Source: Bradymonadia bacterium
GTDB taxonomy: Bacteria > Myxococcota_A > Bradymonadia > UBA7976 > UBA1532
DNA length: 64,000 nucleotides
Assembly (NCBI GenBank): GCA_046290225.1
Contig: JBKAGE010000040.1
Coordinates: forward strand, 32,001-96,000
Direction of reading: 5' to 3'
Of the stretch, positions 1-9,309 are shown piece by piece. The first letter of the stretch is position 1. Each line of letters begins with the position of its first letter. A program made the position numbers and the translations under genes. The notes beneath the pieces are model-generated. The model did no database searches and was not told the DNA's origin. It saw only the letters and a program-made list of their open reading frames with translations.

Positions 1-1859
1 ACCCCACCGCCGACGCTGATCTCGCCGATCAGGGCACTGATCCCCTCATCCAGTCCGATGCGGGCGCCTCCGACGCCGAGGTGATGCCCGACATGATGCC
101 GATGCCCGACGCCGAGCTCACCCCGGACATGATGCCGATGCCCGACATGATGCCGATGCCCGACGCCGAGATCGTCCCGGACGCCGAGATCGTCCCGGAC
201 GCCGAGGTGCCTGACGCCGACCTGCCCGATGTTGGCCCACCGCCAGGTGACATCGAAGATCTGCAGGTGGAGATCCTCGATCGACGGGCGCCCCAGATCT
301 CCTTGCAGTTCACTTTGCCCATCGAGGCCACGCGCTTCGAGGTGCGTCGGGCCGACTCGGCCATCGAAGACGAAGAAGCTTGGGACGCGGGCGAGGTGGT
401 GCTGCAGTTCGTGGAAGACTCCGAGCCCGGTGAGCAGGTGGTGCGTTTGCTCCGCCGACTGCCCCTCGATCAGATCAGCCACATCGCCCTGCGCAAGTTC
501 GACGAAGCCGACACCCCCGGGGCCATCGCCGGCGCCGAGATCGATCTGCGACTGCAAAGCCTCTCGGTGGACATCGCCCCTTCAGGAGATGGTCCGTGGC
601 TGGGCACCCCCACCTTCGGCAACTCCACGTCGCTCATCTCTGCCGTCGGTGACGCCGATGGCGATCTGCTCGCCGATGCGCTGATCACAGCCGTGCAGTA
701 CGACGGCTTCGTGGTGCACGACCGGCAGACCGCCGTTCTCACCGGTGGAGCCGACGATCCTACGCTCGTGCCCCTCGACGTGCCTCTCATCGACGACGTC
801 CCCGTCGATCAGCTGGGCATCGGTGGTGAAGGGGTGGGTGATCTCAACGGCGACGGCCTCGGTGACTTCGCCGTCGTCGGGGTCCTGCCCGACTTCTCCG
901 GTGGTCTGGTGGCGGTGTACTTCGGCAGCGACGACACCACAGCGCTCGCCGAAGCCGATGTGCTCATCCCCACCCCGGGCCGCTTCGTGACCCGGGTCGC
1001 TGGCGCTGGGAACTTCATCGAGCGCGCCGATGACGCCATGCTCGAAGCCGCATACGACGACTTGCTCCTCGGCGGTGCTGCGGCCCCTGACGGCTCGGAC
1101 TATGTGTACGCCATCGCCGGCCGCCCTGACGGTGCCTGGCCCGCCACCATCGACGTCACCACCCCCGACGCCGACGAAGGCATCCATCGCCTCACCGTAC
1201 CCGACGCAGTGAACGCTGGTGCCGCCTTGAGCACCGCCGGTGATCTCGACGGTGATGGCCTCGCCGAGGTGGCGTTCAGCACCAGCACCGAGCTGAGCTT
1301 CGGCTCCGTCTATGTGTTCTTCGGCGGCGACGATCTGCCCGGCGACTACACCTACGACCCGCAAGATCCGGCCACCACGGTGCTCACCCACCCTTGCCCG
1401 GGCAACCAGCCGCTCTTCGGCAGCTTCATCGACGGAGGCGTGGATCTCACAGGCGATCCCCAGAGCCTCGGTGACCTCGTGGTGGGCGATCGCCGCTCAC
1501 AGCGGCTCGTACCCTTCGACGAAGACTTGACCTCGGTGGACTGCTTCGGCAACAGCGCGGCGCTCTTTGGGGTGTTCTTCGATCTGGGCGATCTCAATGG
1601 CGATGGCGCCGCAGATCTGATCACCACCCACATCGATCCGGCACGGACCGAGGCGTGGATCTTCCTCAACGACGGTGCCGGGCACTTTGGTCAGGGCGAA
1701 GCCCAGAGCCCTCGCCTCGCGGACGTCATCCTCGACGTGCCGGCCCTGCGCAAGCTGGGCGTGGCCGCCCTCGGCGACTTCGACGGGGTCGAAGGCGACG
1801 ACTTCGCGCTGGTGGTGTTGCAGCCCGACGGCGCCCTCGAGGTGGTGATCCTGCGCTGA
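1..1859 (+). CDS. FG-GAP/integrin-alpha-like beta-propeller surface protein with Pro/Asp/Met-rich linker (5' end outside window)
   Basis: Frame is open from base 3 to the stop at 1859. Repeated GD(L/A)(N/D)GDG..D Ca-binding motifs (GDADGDLLADAL, GDLNGDGLGDFAV, GDLDGDGLAEVA, GDLNGDGAADLI). N-terminal PDMMPMPD/PDAEIV repeats. Confidence 0.8.
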   Translation, partial: PTADADLADQGTDPLIQSDAGASDAEVMPDMMPMPDAELTPDMMPMPDMMPMPDAEIVPDAEIVPDAEVPDADLPDVGPPPGDIEDLQVEILDRRAPQISLQFTLPIEATRFEVRRADSAIEDEEAWDAGEVVLQFVEDSEPGEQVVRLLRRLPLDQISHIALRKFDEADTPGAIAGAEIDLRLQSLSVDIAPSGDGPWLGTPTFGNSTSLISAVGDADGDLLADALITAVQYDGFVVHDRQTAVLTGGADDPTLVPLDVPLIDDVPVDQLGIGGEGVGDLNGDGLGDFAVVGVLPDFSGGLVAVYFGSDDTTALAEADVLIPTPGRFVTRVAGAGNFIERADDAMLEAAYDDLLLGGAAAPDGSDYVYAIAGRPDGAWPATIDVTTPDADEGIHRLTVPDAVNAGAALSTAGDLDGDGLAEVAFSTSTELSFGSVYVFFGGDDLPGDYTYDPQDPATTVLTHPCPGNQPLFGSFIDGGVDLTGDPQSLGDLVVGDRRSQRLVPFDEDLTSVDCFGNSAALFGVFFDLGDLNGDGAADLITTHIDPARTEAWIFLNDGAGHFGQGEAQSPRLADVILDVPALRKLGVAALGDFDGVEGDDFALVVLQPDGALEVVILR

Positions 1860-1863
1860 GCCC

Positions 1864-3057
1864 TCAGCTCGGCCGTGGGAGCCACAGCGTGACCTCTGCC
1901 CCACCTTCCGGACGATCTCCGAACTCCAGGGTGCCCCCATGGGCAGTGATGATGCCCTGCGTCACCGAGAGCCCCAATCCTGTGCCCTCACCTTCGGGCT
2001 TCGTCGTGAAGAACGGATCACAGAGGCGATCCTTGATCTCTGCAGGGATCCCCGGGCCCTCGTCTCTGATCGCCACCCCGAGGCGCTCGACATCTTCTAC
2101 GCGGGCGATCTCCATCACTGAGTCTTCTGGCGCTGCATAGCTGCCATTGAGCAGCACATTGACCACAGCCTGCATCAACTGGGACTTGTCGGCGTGCACG
2201 CACATCGTGCCGGCGGTGATCTCACAGCTGACGCGCTGGCGCTTCTTGTGCAATGCCGGGTTCACCAACCGCAGACACGCCGCAATGACCTCGCCCACGT
2301 CGACAAGGGTGGGCATCGCCGTACGCTGGCGGGCATAGTCGAGCAATCCCTGCACCGTCTGTTTGATGCGGTAGAGGCCGTCCTCGATGGTGTCGAGGTA
2401 TTCGTCCTGCCGATCGTCGGGTACGTGGCCTTTGCGTAACGCCTTGAAACAACTCATCACCCCGCTCAGGGGGTTGTTGATCTCGTGGGCGACACCGGCG
2501 CTGAGCTGTCCGATCGACGACAACTTCTCTGCCTGCAGCAGCTTGCTCTGCTCTTCGAGGATCCGTGCGTTGGCCGCCTTGAGCTGGTCGTGAGCCATCT
2601 TGAGCGAGTCCCGCTCCTGGGCCAGCGATACCCGCAGCTCGTCCGCCGCCCGGGTCGATCTCACCTGTCGGCAGGCCCGCTCCACAGAGGCGATCAGCTC
2701 TTCGGGCTGGAAGGGCTTGAGCACATAGGCGTATGCGCCCGCTTCGACCGCATCGATGGCGCTGTCGAGGGAGCCGTGGCCGGTGATCAACATCACCTCC
2801 GAGCCCGGACTGGAGGCCCTCAGAGTGGGCAACAGCTGCACCCCCATCGTGTCGGGCAGCTGTACGTCGAGCAGGGCGACGTCGAAGCCCTCTGCGCCGA
2901 GCTTCAGGCCCTCGGCGCCGGTGCGGGCGCAGCATACCTCGGCACCCTCCTCTTCGAGGATCTCCGTGAGATCTTCGGTGAGATCTTCCTGATCGTCGAC
3001 GATCAGGATGCGGGCCCCTCTCAGATGACTCGACTCGTGCATCACATCGTGCGTCAC
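1864..3057 (-). CDS. Hybrid receiver-histidine kinase (REC + HisKA + HATPase, NtrB-like)
   Basis: ILIVDD...LLDVQLPD...YVLKPF receiver; H-box VAHEINNPL; DEGPGI and FFTTKPEGEGTGLGL. Start at GTG 3057 or ATG 3042. Confidence 0.9.
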   Translation of the reverse strand: MTHDVMHESSHLRGARILIVDDQEDLTEDLTEILEEEGAEVCCARTGAEGLKLGAEGFDVALLDVQLPDTMGVQLLPTLRASSPGSEVMLITGHGSLDSAIDAVEAGAYAYVLKPFQPEELIASVERACRQVRSTRAADELRVSLAQERDSLKMAHDQLKAANARILEEQSKLLQAEKLSSIGQLSAGVAHEINNPLSGVMSCFKALRKGHVPDDRQDEYLDTIEDGLYRIKQTVQGLLDYARQRTAMPTLVDVGEVIAACLRLVNPALHKKRQRVSCEITAGTMCVHADKSQLMQAVVNVLLNGSYAAPEDSVMEIARVEDVERLGVAIRDEGPGIPAEIKDRLCDPFFTTKPEGEGTGLGLSVTQGIITAHGGTLEFGDRPEGGAEVTLWLPRPS

Positions 3058-3059
3058 GC

Positions 3060-3461
3060 TCAGCTGTCTCCCAGTTTGCCCACCAGCGCACACAGACGAT
3101 CGAGATCGAGCGGCTTTTGAAGCACGGCGATGACGCCGAGAGCGCGCGCCTCAGTGAGCTGCTGGTCTTGTGAATAAGCGGTGATGAGCACCACAGGCAC
3201 TTTGGGGTGTTGGGTGCGGATCTGTTTGATCAGGTGCACCCCGCTCATGCCGGGCATGCGCATGTCGGTGACCACCATCTGCGGCTCGAACTGCTCGAGC
3301 AGCGCCAGAGCCTCCTGGCCATTGGCGGCGAGGCACGCCAGGACCCCCTCGTCTTCGAGGACCTCTTTGAGGTTCTCGGCCAGATCGAGGTTGTCGTCGA
3401 CGATGAGGACCGCAGGGCCCTCGAGATCAGCTCGGCGCATGGTCGGGCTCATGCTCATCAT
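3060..3461 (-). CDS. Single-domain response regulator (CheY-like receiver)
   Basis: VLIVDDN, VTDMRMPGMSG, ITAY, KP motifs. ATG 3461 overlaps the stop of the upstream kinase (ATGA coupling). Confidence 0.9.
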   Translation of the reverse strand: MMSMSPTMRRADLEGPAVLIVDDNLDLAENLKEVLEDEGVLACLAANGQEALALLEQFEPQMVVTDMRMPGMSGVHLIKQIRTQHPKVPVVLITAYSQDQQLTEARALGVIAVLQKPLDLDRLCALVGKLGDS

Positions 3462-4630
3462 GCCCCCTCTACAGGCTGGTGAGGCAGCCACAGCGACACC
3501 TTGGCGCCGCCTTCGGGGGCATTCTCGGCGGTGGCCTTGCCGTGGTGGCGCTCGCACACGCGCTGGACCAGGGCCAGCCCCAGTCCAACCCCGGCGCTCC
3601 GCGTGGTGACCAGCGGCTCGAAGACCCGCCTCAGGGTCATCTTCGGGAACCCGGGGCCGTTGTCCGCCACCCAGATGTGCACCTGACCATCGACGATCTC
3701 GGCGCCCACCCGAATCTGGGGGCTCTCCTCTCGGGGGTGCTCGGGATGGGTCAAGATGGCCACAGCGTTGTCGATGAGGTTCACCAGGGCCCGTACGACG
3801 AGGCGGCCCTCCACCCAGGCCGTGAGCGCCCCATCGATGTCGACTTGCACCTGCACCTGCTCCGGGATCCGCGTGCCCTCGATGGCGTCGTCGACGAGCG
3901 GGCGCACGGCGGTGTGAGCGAACTTCGGACGTCGATCACGGGCCATCTCGAGCAGGTCGGAGATGATGTTGCTCGAGAGCTTCACCTGCGCAGCGATCTT
4001 GTCGAGGTGACGATCCGCCTTGGGTGTGTCCTTGACCCGCCTGCGCAACAGGTACAGCGAGGTCTCGATCACCCCGAGGGGGTTGCGCAATTCGTGGGCG
4101 ATGCTGGCCGCGAGTTGGCCGATGGCCACGAGGCGCGTCTGGCGGCTCAGGCGTTGATCAGAGTCTTCCCGATACGTGTGCAGCATGATGGCCAGCTCGA
4201 GATCGAACAGGCGATCGACGGCGTCGCCTGCTGCGCGACGTGTGGGGAAGTCGTCTGGGTAGATCTCCTGGATCAGGTGACGCACGTCACGGCGCATGAC
4301 GTTCACCGCGGTGAACATGTAGACCTGCGGCAGGCCAATGTGCACGTGTACGCGGCCAATGCGTGCCCGACGTTCGTAAAACGCCTCGTCATGAGGGCCT
4401 TCGAGGCCGCTGCGCAACCATGCGCGCAGCGTGCCTTTGAGACGCTCGATTTGTGCGTGGCCACCAGAGATCACCTTCAAGGCGTCGGGGTGCGCCTCGA
4501 TGCAGGCATAGAAGTGATCGACGACGGCGGGAATGTGGGGTTCGATGTGGACGAGCAGATCGCTCAACACCTTGCTGTCGGTGTCAGAGAAGCCGATGTA
4601 GTGCTTGGCTTCGTCGAAGAGTGCGCCCAA
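3458..4630 (-). CDS. Globin-coupled sensor histidine kinase (protoglobin + HisKA + HATPase)
   Basis: Sensor-globin motifs YIGFSDTD, VVDHFY, RIGRVHVHIGL (proximal His), DLELAIMLHTY; H-box IAHELRNPL; DNGPG and GVGLGL. Confidence 0.88.
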   Translation of the reverse strand: MGALFDEAKHYIGFSDTDSKVLSDLLVHIEPHIPAVVDHFYACIEAHPDALKVISGGHAQIERLKGTLRAWLRSGLEGPHDEAFYERRARIGRVHVHIGLPQVYMFTAVNVMRRDVRHLIQEIYPDDFPTRRAAGDAVDRLFDLELAIMLHTYREDSDQRLSRQTRLVAIGQLAASIAHELRNPLGVIETSLYLLRRRVKDTPKADRHLDKIAAQVKLSSNIISDLLEMARDRRPKFAHTAVRPLVDDAIEGTRIPEQVQVQVDIDGALTAWVEGRLVVRALVNLIDNAVAILTHPEHPREESPQIRVGAEIVDGQVHIWVADNGPGFPKMTLRRVFEPLVTTRSAGVGLGLALVQRVCERHHGKATAENAPEGGAKVSLWLPHQPVEGA

Positions 4631-4796
4631 GTCAGGTGCTCCAACCCACTGGTCTTGCTGGGTTTATTTCGCATGGGCGACCAACAACAATCAAGAAGTT
4701 TTGTGATCATGCCCTTAGCTCATTTCGGGTCATCCGGATGTATCCCAGGGCGTATTTTCGGTGGGTTGGAGCGCTTCTTTTCGGGTACGAGGCTGT

Positions 4797-5468
4797 CTAA
4801 TCTTCCCGACGCCCGAAACAGTAGCCGAGCTCCTGGAAGGTGGAGAGCTCCTCTTCGATGCCATCCATCAGCTCTTTGAGGCCTCCAGAAGGCAGCTCCA
4901 CGTTGATGGCGCCGCCCGTGTCCTGCTCCACCTGGGTGATGCCGGGGTGCTCACCCTCGAGGCGCTCGAGGATGGACCGCTGAGCCTTGGTGGTGGCCAC
5001 CAGCTTACGGCTCTGCTCGGTGAGCTTCTTGAACTGCAGCGCGAGCTCGACGTTCTGGGCGAGATCCATCGGGTTGATGGGCTTCGACAGGAACCTGAAG
5101 ATGCGCCCCTCGTTGATGGCCTGGACCGCAGCTTCAAGGGAAGCCTGACCTGTGAGCATCATGCGCACGGTGTCGGGATAGCGGGTGTTGATCTCGCTGA
5201 GCAGCGTGGCCCCGTTCATCCCTGGCATACGCTCATCGGACACCACGACGTCCACGCTGTGCTCGGTGAGCACCTTCAAGGCCTCGTCACCGGAATTGGC
5301 GGTGAGCACCTTGTAGGGCTGCCGCCTCAGGTTGAGCTTGATGGAGTCGAGGATGGCGTGCTCGTCGTCGACGAAGAGCACAATGGGCTTCGGTGCCTTC
5401 GGGGACTTTTGCCGAGCGCCTTGCCGGGCATCTTGCTGAGCAGTCTCGTTCACGGTGTGCCTCGCCAT
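4797..5468 (-). CDS. Response regulator receiver protein with C-terminal coiled extension
   Basis: VLFVDDE, VVSDERMPGMNG, MLTG, FLSKP. Confidence 0.88.
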   Translation of the reverse strand: MARHTVNETAQQDARQGARQKSPKAPKPIVLFVDDEHAILDSIKLNLRRQPYKVLTANSGDEALKVLTEHSVDVVVSDERMPGMNGATLLSEINTRYPDTVRMMLTGQASLEAAVQAINEGRIFRFLSKPINPMDLAQNVELALQFKKLTEQSRKLVATTKAQRSILERLEGEHPGITQVEQDTGGAINVELPSGGLKELMDGIEEELSTFQELGYCFGRRED

Positions 5469-5608
5469 GGGTCATTCTTCTGATCACACCTGCTGGTGAT
5501 CTTCAGACCTATCATCGGCACTGCATACGCAAGAGATGACCTGGAGGCCGGAAATACCCATGACTTGATCATGGTACTGCGAATTGAGGGGGGCCGACTC
5601 GGGATGAG

Positions 5609-6253
5609 TTATTTGATGGCCTGCACGATGTACTGACCGCTGCGGCGCTCGCCGCCTCCTCGGGTGAGGGTCTGCACGTCGATCATCACCTGAGAGAACG
5701 GCGCGAAAACCTCTCGCACCTGCTCTTCGGTGAGATAGCTGGTGAAGAAGCCCGAGTTGCCCTCTTTGATGATCATCGAGAAGAAGCCGCCACCGGGCTT
5801 GAGCACCCGGTGCACCTCTTTCATGGTGAGGGCGATGTCTTCCACGGAGTTGTTCTGGATCGCGCTCTTGTCGATGGCGAAGTCGAACTGACCATCTTCG
5901 AAGGGCAATGCCTTGAAGTGCCCACAGACGGCCTGCTCGGTGATGTCGGCTTTGATGTGATCGACAGCGGTCTGGGAGAAGTCGATTCCCCAGGCGTCGA
6001 AGCCCCGCTCTTTGAGGAACTTGAGGTTGTTCCCCCACCCACAACCGAGGTCGACGCAGCTCAGCTTCCGGCCATCGACCACGGGTTGCCGGTAGTTGCG
6101 CATCACGTACCCGATGACCAGCTCGGTGGGGTACTGGTTCTTGTGGGCCCCGGTCTCGCTGGCGTAGGTGGTCTCCCACTCCTGCTGGTTGTGGGGGCGG
6201 GCATCGGTGACGGTGACGGTGCCCTGGGGGCCCGATGGCTCGGTGTACAGCAT
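5609..6253 (-). CDS. Class I SAM-dependent methyltransferase
   Basis: VDLGCGWGNN motif I; LPFEDGQFDF; RVLKPGG. Start ATG 6253 just downstream of the DUF4910 gene stop. Confidence 0.88.
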   Translation of the reverse strand: MLYTEPSGPQGTVTVTDARPHNQQEWETTYASETGAHKNQYPTELVIGYVMRNYRQPVVDGRKLSCVDLGCGWGNNLKFLKERGFDAWGIDFSQTAVDHIKADITEQAVCGHFKALPFEDGQFDFAIDKSAIQNNSVEDIALTMKEVHRVLKPGGGFFSMIIKEGNSGFFTSYLTEEQVREVFAPFSQVMIDVQTLTRGGGERRSGQYIVQAIK

Positions 6254-6257
6254 GTCT

Positions 6258-7625
6258 TCAGCGCTCCTGTTCGAGGCGTGCGTCGGGGGTTTTGGGTTCG
6301 AGAAGGTTCGGGCTGAGCAGTTCACACCGAATGAGGGCATCGCGCTCGGCCACGAGATCCATGACGGTGATGCCAAGACCGTGGGCGATGGTGACGAGAT
6401 CGTGCTCGCCATCGCCATAGCCCAACAAAGCCTTCACGGTGTTCACCTGTTGAGTGGCCAGGGGGCCAGAAAGCGTCGGATAAAGCCCCCGACGGCCGAG
6501 CTGGGGCTCACACCAGGGGTACAGATTGCGATGCACCCCGTTCTCTTCGATCGTGTCGACGAGATCGAGCACGGCACAGACCGTCTCAGCCATGCGATCG
6601 AGATCGATGATGTCGAGGGTGTCGAGGCTGGTGTGATACTCGGCGTAATTGCCGCCGATGGCCCGGCCGAGGAAGCCCATGGGCAGGTTGATGCCGATGC
6701 TGCTGTACTGCCGCATGTCGGCGCCGCCGAGGGGGTCCCAGGGCAGGATCACCCGGTCGCGCTCGGTGATCTCGAGCAGCTCGGGCATGATCCGATTGGT
6801 GAGGCTCTGCGGGTCACGCCCGAGCTTGTAGTGCAGCGGGGCGTCGATGCCCACCATCGACAGCACGAGCCCACCGACGACTTTCTGCTTCAACGCCTCG
6901 TGATGCCGACTCAAGAACGCGATGCTGCCGATGGTCTCCGGGGCGTAGAGGAACCGCACCCCGTACTTGCGCCGAGGCTGCGCGGCGAGGGCCTGATAGA
7001 GCGCCGTCAGGGCCACAGGGCCCGAGAGCTCGTTGTTGGCCATCGACGGGTGGCACAGGTAGCTCGTGAAGAGCAGCTCCTCGTTTGTCTCTCCGGGCAG
7101 GAAGGCCTCTGCGAGGGTGAGATGCCCATCTTCGAGGGTGCTGTCGATCACCACCCGATATTGAGGCTCGGTCAGCTCGGTGAGGCGCCGATGCTCCAGG
7201 CAGAACCCCCACCGCTCCTTGTAGTAGCTGGTACGGTAGGGGATGGCGTCAGGCTGGTTGGGCAACGTGTAGATGTGCTTCATCAGCGTGGGCAGATCGA
7301 CGATCTCGTCCACGGGCACGCTGTATCCGAGCACGTGCAGATTGTTCTGCTGAAAGTCGATGACCCGACGGCCGTCCAGCGTGGCCACATAGGCATCTCT
7401 GATCTGCCACTCCCGCGGGATCTCCCAGTCGAAGCAGGGCGTGCCTGTGGGCAGCTCGGTCCGCTTGAGATCGACATAGCGTTCGATGATGTCGAGGCTC
7501 TGGCGCACACCGGGGCCGGTGATGCTCCTGCAGATGGGCCAGAGCTGCTCGAAGAGGCCCCGCATCTCCTCGGGGCCCATGAACTGGTGGTGGCGATGGG
7601 TGGTGCCGGTGGGTGTGACCTTCAT
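6258..7625 (-). CDS. DUF4910/DUF2172 aminopeptidase-like protein with C-terminal wHTH
   Basis: LWPICRSITGPG, DWEIPREW, PDAIPYRTSYY, YLCHPSMANNELSGP, PETIGSI, YHTSLD, CEPQLGRRGLYP. Confidence 0.88.
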   Translation of the reverse strand: MKVTPTGTTHRHHQFMGPEEMRGLFEQLWPICRSITGPGVRQSLDIIERYVDLKRTELPTGTPCFDWEIPREWQIRDAYVATLDGRRVIDFQQNNLHVLGYSVPVDEIVDLPTLMKHIYTLPNQPDAIPYRTSYYKERWGFCLEHRRLTELTEPQYRVVIDSTLEDGHLTLAEAFLPGETNEELLFTSYLCHPSMANNELSGPVALTALYQALAAQPRRKYGVRFLYAPETIGSIAFLSRHHEALKQKVVGGLVLSMVGIDAPLHYKLGRDPQSLTNRIMPELLEITERDRVILPWDPLGGADMRQYSSIGINLPMGFLGRAIGGNYAEYHTSLDTLDIIDLDRMAETVCAVLDLVDTIEENGVHRNLYPWCEPQLGRRGLYPTLSGPLATQQVNTVKALLGYGDGEHDLVTIAHGLGITVMDLVAERDALIRCELLSPNLLEPKTPDARLEQER

Positions 7626-7852
7626 GCGGGGGCGCTCGCCTCGTCGTCGACCAGGGCAGTGATGGCCCTGAAGGTGGAATACTTCAGCATGCTCTCTTCA
7701 GTGAATGGCACCTGATGGGCGGCGTTGAGCCAAGCCATGATCTCTACGTGGGCCTGGCTGTCCCACCTCGGGTGATTGAGCATGCTGTCTTCGGCGCTCA
7801 GGCTCTCGGCGGCCACGCCCAGGATCTGGGCGACGGTCTCTCGTGCGCTCAC
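7622..7852 (-). CDS. Acyl/aminoacyl carrier protein
   Basis: 76 aa, acidic and helical, with WDS phosphopantetheine-site motif (HPRWDSQAH); translationally coupled to both neighbours. Confidence 0.8.
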   Translation of the reverse strand: MSARETVAQILGVAAESLSAEDSMLNHPRWDSQAHVEIMAWLNAAHQVPFTEESMLKYSTFRAITALVDDEASAPA

Positions 7853-9309
7853 GAAGCGGCCTCCGCCTCGGCGATGGCGCTCAGCTGCCCGTCGTCGATC
7901 TTGTCATTGGCGTTGCGGGGCAGGGCCTCGATGGCCTCGATGCGTGCGGGCATGGCGTACTCTGGCAACGCCACGCGCAGCTGCTGACGCAAATCGTCCT
8001 CCGGGGCAGGCAGGGTGCCCTCGATGAAGCTCACGATCTGCCCGTCGCTGAGCACGCTGCGTACGGCGAGACAGCCGGCGGCTCGAAGGGCTGCGTCCAC
8101 CTCGCCGAGCTCCAGGCGGTGGCCCTTCACCTTCACTTGCCGATCGATGCGGTGCTGGTAGTAGATCGCGCCGTTGACGCGCTTCACCCAATCGCCGGTG
8201 TGATACCCGTCGGCCTGGAACGCCTGAGCGGTCCGCTCAACGTCTTCCCAATACCCTCTGGCCAGCTGCGGGCCGCTGATCACGAGCTCGCCTTCATCCG
8301 CGTCGGGGCCCCCGGTGATGCTCAACGACATGCCCGGCGTGGGCTCGCCGATGGCCATCGACGTGCGGGCGTGCTTCTTCCAGGTCTTGCGGGTCAGGCT
8401 CTGAGTGCTGCAGGAGATGGTGGCCTCAGTGGGGCCATAGGCGTTGATGACATCGAGATCGGGCCGGCACTCGAAGAGGGCCTTCACCTGCTCAGGTAGT
8501 AGTGCTTCGCCACAGAAATACATGGCCTGCAGGCTGCTCAGGTGCGTCTTGGTGGCGTGGTTGGCCTTGCGGATGAGATCGACCACCGAGGGCACGGACT
8601 CCCAGACGGTGATGCCCAGCGACTGGATCGCCAGGGCCGGCGCCATGCGGTCGAGCATGCCGGTGAGGGGCACCAGCGCCGCCCCGCTGCAGAGGCTGGC
8701 GTAGATGTCGAGCACGCTCATGTCGAAGCCGAGGTTGGGGTACTGGCTCATCCGGGCCCCAGGGCCCAGCGGCAGGCGGTTGATGGCCCACTGGATGAAA
8801 CCGTTGAGGCCCTCGCGGCCCACCATCACCCCCTTGGGCACTCCCGTGGAGCCAGAGGTGAACATGACATAGGCGAGATCGTGGGGGGCCTTGGGCGCGC
8901 CGAGGGGTACGCCCTGGGGATCGTCGGGGAACACCATGACCCCATCGGGCGGGCCCCCCATCTCTTCCAGGGCCCGGGCGCCGAGATCACCGCCGGTGAT
9001 GATGGCGTCGGGCTTGAACCGATCCATGATGAGGCGCCGCCGGGCGGTGGGGCCTTCGAGATCGAGGGGGGCGTAGTACCCACCCACCATGAGGGTGGCC
9101 AGCATGGCGCCATAGGCCCCAGGGCCCTTCGGCGCGCAGATGAGCACCTTGGGATGCTCACCAGCCCAGTGCAGCGCGCCGGCGATGGAGCGCACCCGCT
9201 TCGCCAACGCCCCGTAGGTCTCGTTGGGGCTGTTCCGCATGATGACCGCCACGTCGTTGGGACGCGCCTCGGCCACGGTGAAGAAACGCTCGACCAATTC
9301 GAAACTCAT
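7849..9309 (-). CDS. Stand-alone amino-acid adenylation enzyme (DltA-like carrier-protein ligase)
   Basis: YVMFTSGSTGVPKG (A3), GFDMSVLD (A4), NAYGPTE (A5), YHTGD (A7), QVKVKGHRLELGEV (A8), PRNANDKID (A10). ATG 9309 overlaps the upstream stop. Confidence 0.9.
   Translation of the reverse strand: MSFELVERFFTVAEARPNDVAVIMRNSPNETYGALAKRVRSIAGALHWAGEHPKVLICAPKGPGAYGAMLATLMVGGYYAPLDLEGPTARRRLIMDRFKPDAIITGGDLGARALEEMGGPPDGVMVFPDDPQGVPLGAPKAPHDLAYVMFTSGSTGVPKGVMVGREGLNGFIQWAINRLPLGPGARMSQYPNLGFDMSVLDIYASLCSGAALVPLTGMLDRMAPALAIQSLGITVWESVPSVVDLIRKANHATKTHLSSLQAMYFCGEALLPEQVKALFECRPDLDVINAYGPTEATISCSTQSLTRKTWKKHARTSMAIGEPTPGMSLSITGGPDADEGELVISGPQLARGYWEDVERTAQAFQADGYHTGDWVKRVNGAIYYQHRIDRQVKVKGHRLELGEVDAALRAAGCLAVRSVLSDGQIVSFIEGTLPAPEDDLRQQLRVALPEYAMPARIEAIEALPRNANDKIDDGQLSAIAEAEAAS

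Noticed and set aside
7622..9309. dlt teichoic-acid operon or a true NRPS
   Set aside because: No DltB/DltD and no condensation or thioesterase domain in the cluster.
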